Positions 26,881-38,800 of a stretch of 64,000 nt of DNA are shown piece by piece (the first letter of the stretch is position 1; each line of letters begins with the position of its first letter). The position numbers and the translations under genes were made by a program. Under the pieces are notes generated by a model. That model was not told the origin of the DNA. It made no database searches and saw only the letters and a list, made by a program, of their open reading frames with translations. The stretch comes from Phoronis australis (taxonomy: Eukaryota; Animalia; Phoronida). The stretch spans positions 141,411 through 205,410 of the forward strand of contig NMRA01000323.1 of NCBI GenBank assembly GCA_002633005.1, given 5' to 3'.

Positions 26881-29800
26881 GTAAGTTTACCCATGGCATA
26901 TGCTCCAGATTACGCTAGATATTCCTCAATGCCAGAACGTCTCTTTTGCTTTCGACCCTGAATTTATCTGAAAAAGGACGAGTTTCACAGTGATTGTTTT
27001 GTGAAAATTGCTTTTCATTTAATTAAAAACTTTTCGTAATGACTGTATACACCTTGTGCAAAGCATTTTCTTTTAGTATGGTCGTATGTTTCCACATTGT
27101 AAATACAATACCAATTTGGATTTCACATTTACATTTACACTTAGATTTTTGTTACATAACTCGCAACAAGTAGGCATGCCAACATTTGAACATAATCTTC
27201 AGTCTTCAAATATCTAACAGTCATTGTAATTCTAAATTAGTCTATAGTAAAACTGCAAATCCACCTCCATCCATTTGACTCATTGAGAAGGTCTATATTA
27301 CTTGCTAGTGTCACATGGCATGTCAGAGATAAAGTTTATAAAAAATGTATTTCCTGTTATACTTTTTATACAAAAGGTGATTTATCTTATTCATACCCGA
27401 GCTTATGGGAATTATGCGCGTGGGGTAAAATTTCTGTAGAGAGATCTATTCACATTTAATATTTATCTTTACTAGATCAACATCAGTCTCCAACTGAGTG
27501 GTTCTGCATTATGAACGAATAAATCCTGGATGTTTTATGACCTCTATCAATTAGAACCCATTCGCAAGTGGAGACAACAGTACTGCATGTATTTGTGGTT
27601 AGCTTTTCAAAAGGCATTTTGACAACTTTTTGTACTGATGTAGTTTAACCTTGTACTCAAAAAAGAATTTGTAACCTTTTTTGATTTCTGTCGCTGAGAT
27701 GGGCCCTGCTGTAGAGTTCCTACTCATTAAGCGAACGCTTTCATGGCCGAAACAATAATGTGGATACGTCGTTCTTTCGTGAGAATCTGGTGGTGAAAAA
27801 CCCACCGTTCTTAATACCTCGGGGCATATGAGCTCCATCCCAGATGTGGAACAATTGGGTAATTTAACTGGTGTTAACATGTCCAGTTTCAGATCATGAA
27901 GTATTTTGTGTGACAAGCGCAAAATCAAAAAGCACACGTCGGAAAAATAGCAAATTACACTACTTGTGAGCCTGGGATATATAGATGTGCATATTGCAGT
28001 CTTGATTTTGTTCAATGTAGTATATACATCATCAGTGTTCCAGTCTGATCAATAAAATCATTCGCCCCAAGTCTCCACTGAACACTGGGAAATTCACGAC
28101 ATTCATGTCGGGTGTAGGGACCGACATCGATCAGGATATGAAATGAAGACGTGTGTGATCTCAAAATATGGCCGTGTCTGTGCCCACGAAGAATGAAATT
28201 ACGTAAAAATTCTCCAGTTTGAGAGTCTCTAAAAATTTAAGGCACGGAAATCTAAAATGAAATTGATTTATTTATTCGGAAGATTGGGGCTTGGGTAACC
28301 GTGGCATTCGTTTTTTTTAACATCATCAGGCACTGCCTGACTTGGCTGTTTATAAAATTGTTGAAAATAGCCACAAGTGTGTTCCCATACTGTGTAACAT
28401 CAGGAAGAAGGGTCATTTGTAGTTTATTGTAAACAATAAATATGGGACAATACCTAGTGTCTATTTCTAAAACGTGGTTTGAACTCCGGCCTTGAGGAAA
28501 ATAAATTAATTTTTCACCTTCTCAAACTAGAGAATTTTAACCATAAGCATATTTTATGTGTGCAAGTGCAAATTCAGGCTAAGAGCTTGTGTTTCTTGAC
28601 ACTAACCCCTGGACATTGAGAAGAGCTCTAGCAATGTGTGCAGCGAAGGGACGTTTGTGTGTTGCGTGCACTCTTCGCCCCTTAGAACGATAGAATTGTG
28701 TCGTTCTAGCAAAACGCACTCAAGTTTGAACTCTGAAGAGTATATCTAAATAGATGTGTACACCACTGGCTTTGTACTCTGTTGGGGTTGAAGTTATGGC
28801 CGATGTGGAAGTCCATCACGTCAAAGCAATGGCCGTTTGCCAAATTAACTTTGTAATTATTTTTACCCAAGTTTTCACAGTAAGATAAGTATTCCTTTGT
28901 TTCCTAGACAACGGCCAATTTGTAAATGTAATTAGCTCGTCATCAGAATTAATCGCTATCAACTGCCACCGAAATGAGTGGCATGTTCTCTTTTTGCTTC
29001 CTGGTCATTGTCACATGATGTAGTTATAGTTCAAGTAGTTGAACTGTTCACTGCATTTCAAGTCATACCAGTGTTATGTGTTGTAGACTTCTTTGTTACA
29101 CCGCAGTTAGGTGCTGATTACCGGGGATAACGTGATTCTGATGGAGACGTGATCTGATTTTTTGCACAAGCACAAAAAATGGTTCACAAATCGTTGGGCA
29201 CAAACATGTTTTTGGACATTTACAATCTGGCCTTTCTCAAATCATGTCATTTTCTTCAAGGGCAATAAATCTTGCCAAAAAAAAACGCATGGTCATATGA
29301 CCCAATTAATGACAACTAGTTTCCATTGTCAGGGCTTGGAATGACCAAATGACAAAAACAAGAGAAAAAATTTCCAGGTGATGTGACATATTTTTCCACA
29401 AATAAATAGGCTTTTGTGATAGAAAGATTCTTTTGTGTTGTAAAACATAACGAAATAAATGTTTTTGCATTAATTAAGTCAAAATAATGATCAATAAGAG
29501 ACGAAAAAAGAGGAAACTGGAAGTCAAATAAGAGGAAATCGAAACCCAAAACCAGGAAATCCTCTTAAAAGAGGAAAATTCCAAGCCCTGAATTTACGTT
29601 GGTTTAGGATATGTTTATAAAAGATCGTTATAATTCATCGCCTGCTTAGCACACAATATGGCGGACAAGTGAAATTCAATTTTGTCAAAGTTCTCCACAA
29701 AAATATAGATATGTTTCAATTTAGCCATTTACTAACATGATTTGTGCTCAGCTGTGTAGATGTCATAGAACAACATTTGGTAAAGTTTCCATTATTTGTT

Positions 29801-32800
29801 GCTATGTAACCAGTCTTTGAAAAATGGAATTTTGGCAATTATTTTTGTGTGAAATAGGTGGATCATTACCATACTTCAACTGGTTGCTCTGTTCATTTCT
29901 AAATTGGATTTTTGATTGGGCAATTACTGTCCATGGTTTTTTGTGCTGATTTAAAACACTATAGACTCATTGGAGTTCGGTGATTGATAATAGTTTTGGG
30001 TGGCATTACTTCAACAAGTTTATCAGCTCTGTCATAAATTCTGTGTCTGAATGATAGCACATTTTTGTCTGATTGATGTGTCTACTATGTCTCAAAGCAT
30101 ATTGTTTTGGCTGCAACTGGACACAAGATGGCGTTGTGGTGCTCCTTTTTTGCTTTCAGTTGTCATAGCTTTGCTGCCCTTTGGTTCATTTTTCTGAAAT
30201 TGGAAATCTGGATACTTATCATCAATTGGTTTGTGGAATGTGCCATTAGTTTCTCACTCCAACACAAAATGACATTGTGGTGGTCCTTTATTTGCTTTTA
30301 ATAGTCACTGCCCTTGGATTGATTTTTCTGAAATTGGGAATCTAGATAGATCTCATTAAGTGCTTTGTGGAATATATGCCGTCGGTTTCTCGCTCCGACT
30401 TACTGTTCTCGTTTTGCTCCAGATTTTCTGGTGATTGTTTTTAATTGAAATTTCCGTTTATCGTTTATATTCACCAAGCGTTGGTCTCCTGCAATGATAC
30501 GTAAGTCCTGTCAAAATTGCAAATTCAATCTTCTTGTTGGAGCTATCAATGACCTCCATTCAGTCTATAGGGCCTTTCATACTAACGTTGACGTGTCGAT
30601 GGTTTGGGGAGTTGCGGTCAGTATGAACGCTTAACTCCGGTCCTGGATCGCAGTTAAGAGCTCCAGTTAACATCGCAGTTAATAGGTGGCTTTAAGACCG
30701 TAGTGTCGATGCTGCGGTGCAGTATGAACGCTTAACTCCGGTCCAATCGAAGTTATCGCCAGGTGCCACTGTTATCATCAACAGTTACAGAGTAGTGCCG
30801 TCACTAATAACTACTTATTTTTGGGTATAATGATAACCAATCGATTTAAAAATGAGTTTTATGTCATTTAGCACATTTAAATGTTCCAAATTGTCACATT
30901 GAAAAAAATCTTAGCGTGCAGCGCTACCTTGCGATAACTTCGATGACGTCAGGGTCACCAACCCTTTACTTTGATGGTCATTAACTACCGAAGCCAGTAT
31001 GAACGGTCCAGTTAACTGCGCTGTTTACGTCGACCCTCCGCTCAGACCGGAGTTAAGTCAATATGAAAGGGCCTTATGGCTGTGTGTTATGTAATTAAGG
31101 ACCCCCATAAAACAAAACAAAACATGCTTCTACTCCAACATGTGAACCAAGTCTGTGGTTTCAGGCGGTTTTCATAAGTGTCACATTTCAAGCTTCAGGG
31201 ATACAGTAAAGTCTCGCCAGTTTTGACATTAAAAAATAATCATATGGATGAAATTGACCTTTTATTTAATTTCCAAAGGCTTCTTGGTTCAGTTCACAAG
31301 TTCTCAAAGCATTGTCTGAGGATAAAAAGTGTTGGCACAGAACTTGAAAATGATAAGCAAATGTTTGCTGTCCTGAATATCTTAGTTTTGCCATATGGAG
31401 GGTCAGAGTCTTGGAAAACTGTTCAAACAGAAAGAGAACGTACAAGCATTGACCCTTCATGAACAGATATGGGAAATTTCCAGGGCATCTACTGGGAAAA
31501 TGTTGTATTTTTATCTTTTCCCATAAGCCCTTGTGGCAGCTTGTGGTTTCACCAACTAAAGTGCCTGCGAAAACACTTGGGTGTTTTAGCCAGACTTACA
31601 GCTATCCTCGAAAGGTAATTTTCCCAACATGCAGTTAGTTTGTTTTCTCACCACCTGAATTGCTTCTAATAAGTGAAAATTGATGTCAAAACATATCCAC
31701 TTTTGTCAATAAATTGATTAGTATCAGGTAACCAAAGACTTCTTACCTGTGCTTGGTTCACACTCTACTATAAATTGATTAATGAGACCTCACACACCGC
31801 CTCTTACCTCTGCCACATGTGTCCTCTGAAGTAAAGTTTCGAAAATTGTCAGAAGTTCTGAGGTAACTCTAACTGCCAGCAAAAGTGACTCTTATCAACC
31901 GTTTACAAGACGAGCAGTTTTGCTTTTAGCAAAAAGCGCTAACAAAAATGAGAACGGGATATCAGTCATTGGTGTCATTTGGGAAACATAAGAATGCAAA
32001 CTGTTAAAGCTGCTATAAACAAATGCACTTTCCACTTAAACAACTGGTGTTAACCGCTTAAAACAACTGGTGTTAACCACTTAAACAACTGATGTTAAGG
32101 TTATCTCAAACCTTATTCACAAAAATGGCCATTTTTACAATATTTCACATGTGTCTAGTAAAATACCTTATCGTCATTCTCGGGGTACTTCAAATACAAA
32201 ATATCTACTGCATAGGGAGAAAAAAAAAGATTTAACAGAACCACCTTGTAACCGGACAACCACATGGATATTTGTTTACTACTTCTCCGAGGTCAAAGGT
32301 TAAAGGGCTTTCAATCAAATCGAATCTCCTGTCAGGTACAGAACAGCTTCGTATACCCTTAATACTTTCATTCACAAAATCGACGTAACATTGAGTCAAC
32401 GAGGTGTATTTATGGTAGAGTAGTGCCGGAGAAAACAAAGACATAACATAGTTTTGATCCTAAGGGAGTTGTGCGTCTACATGCATACGACCGTTGGCGT
32501 TGAGAATGAATGCTATGAGTCGCCTCAGGCCTCTGTGGTCATGAACACAGCAAGTTGTGAAAAGAGTTAATTCTCACCCTAATTCCTTTATTCAATTAAT
32601 AAATTGACATTTCAATGTCTAGATCTCATGCTAACGACATGCTTTAACCACCAATTCGATTTTTGTTATCCATTTCTTACTTGGTTTCGTATTAATCTCC
32701 CAGCACGTGAAATTTTGTGAGATTGATCTGGAGAAATAACTAGCAGGCAGTTTCGCCGAAGCCCAGAATCCGAGATAGAGCTAATTTCATTATGGTTAGA

Positions 32801-35800
32801 AGACTAATTAAAACTTGTAGAAAGCTCAGTTTAATGGCTAATGCCATTTAAATTTTTATTTGAAATTGCACCCGTGTCACTTAATGTGTGCAGGAATAAC
32901 ATTAAACATACATGATTAATTCATGTGACAGTTAATTAGTTTTGAATTCTGGAAACTGCGTAGTAGCATAGTGTAAGTAAGGTTACCGTAGTGATCATTT
33001 TGTTTCCACTTTGCCCAATTTGTCAAAAAATTCCTAACAGTGGAAGTAAGTTTTAAGACTTGGCCTTGTTGTATTTTATGTTATTGTAAGGTAGATGAGG
33101 TTTGTAATGCGTTTTAGTCAGTTTAGCAGGATTATTATGTTACTTACTGTGGAAGGTGTTTTCAACCTGTAAGTCGATTTACTTGCAGGCTGAGTTCCTT
33201 ATCTATGTGATTGCTTGGTCAAATTAGTTAGAAACACAAGGTATAGCCACAATGTGAATATGCAGTAGGCTGAAAATTGCCAAATGCTTTTAAGAGTTAT
33301 GCATTGAAAATAATCGCCATAAATCACTTAACCGTGACCAGTAAGTTTCATGACGTGACGTGGAGTTGGGGTATGATGTATGATGCAGGTTAATTGAGCA
33401 CCTGAGGTATGTCATTAGCGCAAAGGTCACCTATTGGCAGAATTTTTTTGTTTTCGCATTTACGAGTTGTCAGTAAATACAACTGCCCTTTGTTTAGAAT
33501 AGATGATGTCCAAATAGTGTTGTCCTTTAGTTCCTGCTATACATTAGCATAGGAAGGAGCTTGCAAATATATCTTTAAAACAAACTGGCTGCAAGCTGCA
33601 GAATGCAAACATAGAGACTGACGAATTGATTTGGCATTAATTTTACTATGCGCCCACATATTTATATGTGGACGCATTATGCCGTCATCTCCGTCCGTCT
33701 GGCGTCCGCTGCTATATCTCCAAAACCGATTGACTTATGTTTCTGAAATGTTGCTCATGTGTTCCTTTCATGAGCGGGGCAGCATGAGCAAACCTTCGGA
33801 TCGATCCGACTACCGGTGTGCCCCCTTGTAGCAATTTTTGGATTTTTACGTTTACCTCTGTGTCTTCAAAGGTTCTCGACATATTTTTACAAAATTAAGT
33901 ATATAGGCATCTATTAGTGAGACGACGGTATCCTCCCGCTTTCGGATGGATTTGACGTAGTTTGTACCACCTAGCGGTTGACGATTTTCCAATGACTTTG
34001 ACTACTGTGGTGCCCCCTATTGGCAGTTTTGTTTTTTGTGCCTATCGTTATATCTCCTAAACCATTTGCAGGATCTTTACTAAATTGAAGAAGTGTATTT
34101 ATATGATGTTGGCAACTGACGACGACGATTTTCGGATGGATCTGACTACTGGTGTGCCCCTTGGTGGCAATTTCAGTTTTACGTTTACATCTTTATCTTC
34201 AAATGTCCTCAATGGATTTTCATAAAATTTTGAATACAGGCATCTGTATCTCCTAAACCCACTGCAGGATATTTATTAAATTTAATTAGTATGTGTATTT
34301 ATACGAAACTAACAACAGACAATGATGACTTTCAGGTGGATCCAAGGAACAGTGTGCCCCCTAGTGGCAATTTCATTTTATTCTGTTTTCCTCAGTTTCT
34401 TTCTCTGAAGTTCCACGACGGATTTCTATGAAATTTGGTGTATAGCTTTCTATTAAAGAAGCAATGACATGTTCCCGTTTTTGCACCATCTAGTGGCCTT
34501 TTTTATGACACAAATAACCCTAAAAGCACACCATTTGGGATGCATTCGTGGGCGCATTTCAACGCTCCGTGTTGTTCTTGTTACTTCTTTCATGCATCAT
34601 TGCTCAAGTCAATAGCTAAAGTGTTATGCGCTGGGTGCTACCTCAGCTATTGGTTATTGTACATTGGTTTGAATGGAAAAGTGAGAGCTTTCTCAGATTG
34701 GCTAAAATTTACGGAACTTGTTCGCTGCGTCATACTTTTTATTTGAGCAGTAACTAAGTTTGTTTTTTTTTTTTGGAAAAGGAATAAAATGGTTCAAAAT
34801 AACCTTTGTAGTACATGGGAAATGTTCCTCTATAAAAGTCAGTGGGATCAAGTTTAAATTATGATTTGGTGAATTGACATGTTTTCTTTAAATCCACTTA
34901 GATTCATGCCGTATGAAATCAATAACAGCAAGTCAGTGTGTGTGTGGCGGCTGCAGCAACAATCAGGGCACTGTAGAAATATTTCCACCTTTTTTATTGC
35001 AAAATAACACACATTCAAAGACATTTCCCTTGTGACAATTCATACACACATATTGTCACTCACACTGTTTTACCTAAAACACGATTTCATAAACTAAACC
35101 AAAATACCTTTTTTTGAAATATCTTCAACTTAGTCTGTGTCTATTATCAGCAGATTGTTTGATGTTAGCATACTGAGGTGACAACAAAGGGGAGAGTTTG
35201 TGGGGTGCGCTTTTTGATTCCAGTACATTGTTTTATGGGGTTTATTTTCATAAAGAAACTGGTGCTCCACACTAAGCATAACGTCAACTTGCCAATTACA
35301 ACCTGACAAAATTCCCAGGTCACCAAAACGCCGGTAACTGAGATTGCCAAGATAAGGATTCGGGTTTGTTGGTCTAGACCCCTCAAATGAAGCACAGTTG
35401 GCAGCAGCTGAAAGCGAAATTGAAGAGAAACGTAAAAGTGAAAATCTGGTGAACTCGGCAAATTTCCACAAAGATTGGCGAAAGTCTGTCTTGCTGAACG
35501 GGAAATTAGGAAAGTTTCACATGCTCAGTATCAATCAAGTTTCCACATTACTCCTGCATTATTCATTAACAGGCCTTTCTGATTTTTGGCGGACAGTTTA
35601 GACTTCTGTCTATTTTTTACTGGGTTATCTGTATTATTTTGATTGTGTGCTCGGATGTGTTCATTGCGTCTTGGATTTTTACCTGGTCGTCAAACAAAAT
35701 CTGAAGTTGCATTGGCGAACCCTGGCACCGAAAAATCCGTGTGTGGGGCTGTGTAATGTATTATGCTCACAAAAATAAATACAGACCTTTTGATCTTGTG

Positions 35801-38800
35801 GCAGTGTTTCTTTCAAAACTTCTAAGAAATAAATTCCTATTGAATGAGATTTTCTGCCAGGACCGTTTATCTTGACAACTCAGCTGGTGGAAAAGACCTC
35901 AATGACCTCGATATTCTGTGTAAAGTTCATCATTCTCGCAACAGTTTTTCAAAGATCTCAGATTGTCATGTGGAGCTAACAGACTACAAATACTTAGTGT
36001 TCAGTTTCTGTGCAAACTTTCCCCGTCTTTGTAAGATAACACGTGATTGTATTAATATGCAATGTTGCTTTAACTATGCCCTTTTGCAGGCACCACCTCA
36101 TCCGGTCAGAATGACGTGATGGGCTTCAACAACCGCGAAGCGTCATTGGCAGCCAGAGTACGCGAGGTAGAAGAACAGAATCAAATGTTACGGAAACAGT
36201 TGAGGTAAAGACAGTAGTCTCTTACGGAGGTTACGTTTTTTGAGAACCGGTTTTGATGCATATTAGTGAGTGGATAAAACTGGTTCTCAAAATTCGGAAG
36301 CCCTGCAAGCGATTGTTACCGAGGTAAAGGCTTAGACAAGATTTGCAGCTTATAGCCAACCACTGCTATCCTGTCCCCTCCCTCCCGCCAACTTAACATG
36401 ATGTTAGCAGCAGTTATGTAACCTGTTGCAGCTGTCCATGCAAGCCAAATGACAACCCTAATGGAGCCTTGCTTCTAGCAATGCCTGGTGTTAATGTGCC
36501 ATATGTTTATAAATTGTCATGTGGACAATTTCTCTGTATGGTCCTGGGTAATTAGAACACCTGTTTTCCTAACATATTTATTAATAAGTAGCCTGAATTC
36601 TTTTCAATTTTGTTTAATAATCTCTGGAGCTGTCAGTATAACTCACAGCTGCTGCTGTAAAGTCTCACTAATATCAAACCAAACTAATAATCACCAAAAC
36701 TGCCCTTTATTCATTTCTCATTCCCTTCCAACAGTGTTGTGATTGGTCACATTTGTCCTTCACTTCTAACACTGCTGTGATTGGTCACATTTTTCAAAAC
36801 ATCGCTAGTAGTTACGGGATAGAACTTGAACATGGTTAATCATTAATTTGGTGCAACGTGTGGAAAAAGGACAAAATAAAATTTCGCTTGTCGGCCACAT
36901 TGTGACGGAGATTATACTGTACACCGCGTTTTAATATGAATTGTTCTTACCTTGGTCGTTTAACACTTGAGTCATTACCAGATCCAGGGCTTGGAATTTT
37001 ACTCTCTTCCTTGGTTTTGGTTTTCTCTTATTTGATTTCCAGTTCCCGCTTTTTCATCTCTGTTAATCATTTTTTTTACTTAATTCATGCGCAAACTATT
37101 TCTCGCAGTTAAATTTTACAACACAAAAAAATATTTCTTTCATGTAAGCCTATTTATTTGTACAACATTATATCAGCTGGAAAATTTTGTTTTGTTGTGC
37201 CAGGTGTCATTCCAAGCTCTGTAGATCTTATAGTTTACAGTGTGTGTCAGTAAAACCCTGAGTTGGGGACACTATTATTGTAAAGATGTCAGTTGCAGGT
37301 TACATGATGTAACATCCTTAGCTGCATTTCCAAGTAGTTCTTTCCTTGAGCAAGCCGTAGCCCAAGTTGACTTTCGTTTGATAACCTTTTGCCACCCTAC
37401 TGTAATAGCTGAGTGGCTCATCAAGGGAGTGTTGAAATAGTCGCTTTATTGTACTGCAGGAAGTACTGAATCCAGCAGGCCGTTGGTTTTATTCAGTATA
37501 TGCCCAAAGTAATCGGACAAGAACTTATAACAGAAGCAATGGATAGCGAGTTGTCATAACTACAAAATAGCATTTTCACCTTTGCTACCTTTACTAAATC
37601 CCTGTCGCAGTTACTATGACAGCGGAATATTGTCACTAAATAATTCCATAAGGTTGGTAGAGTACAAATTTGACTATTTCTTATTTTCCCAACCAGCTAG
37701 TGTCCAATAGCTTCCGAAGATGGCTGCTAAGAGAAGCTGAAACTGTTAAGGTACTAACACTTTTCTGGTTGTGAAAATAAAGAAATAATCAAGAATGAAA
37801 TATTGTTTGCTGTAAGTCGTCGTGATGGGAGTTTGCGATAATTTTGTCAGGTAACTTTGGCTGTGCAGTTTAAGTACCAAGTTCGAGTCACATGACCCAT
37901 GCTGGTCATTTTCCCACGTATCAACTTAATCAGTGGTATGATTTTCTCACGGACGGGCGACTTTCTCTTTCAGTTTGTCTGAGAACAAACTGCTCAATAT
38001 GCAATACAACGTGGCCGCCGCAGTGGAGACGGCTGAAAATGGATCTCTAGTCCTCAGTCCTCCCAATACAACCAACATTAGATGTATCAATGCTGAGCCG
38101 GATGTTCCTAAATGTCAAGTATGTATTATTGACACCTACAGTTACTCACTACTCCATTCATCCCTTCAAATGGGATGTCTCATGTTCAAAGTGGTGATCA
38201 GATGACTGTCATGTGACTTAGAGGCGTTTTCTTAACAGTGAGTTTCAACAACAATGGACTAAAGCAGTTTTATATGGGAGCATAGCTAATAAGGTTAATT
38301 ACTGTTCATTGATTACCTTGGTAACCCATAGGCCACATTACGCTAACTTCGAATGTGGGCAGAGGAGGGCGCTTGGGTACTTAGTTGCTTTCGCACACTT
38401 GACAACCAAAATTACTGTATGTTTAGTTTATTTTGCTCACGTGAAAATGATAAGTGTAGAGGTACCTAAAAGATACTATTAACACTGGTCTAGTCCTCTA
38501 TTGCTCAGATGTGACTGTGTACCCAGTTTGTCTGCAGCGGGTACGCGAAATTGCCCGGAACCATGGTTCCAGTATAGAGCCATTGTGTCTGGATCGACGG
38601 ATGTGGTACAGGTCATCTTGAATTTAGTTGGTGTCACTGAATGCAGTAAATAAAGAGTAGTTTTTATAGCTGCAATCTTTTGTTTTTTGTGAGCACTAAT
38701 TTTTTATCTTCAAATGAACAACCAGTCTATTACTTCTGATGTTTTATAACATACATCCTTTGGTTTTCCAGGTAATTCAAGTTGCCATCGTCTGCGCTGG

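Noticed and set aside
38769-38777. Recursive splice site CAG|GTAATT (similar AG|GT starts at 40078, 51826, 52373)
   Set aside because: These are conserved coding exon starts following short introns; the GT is explained by the encoded residues.
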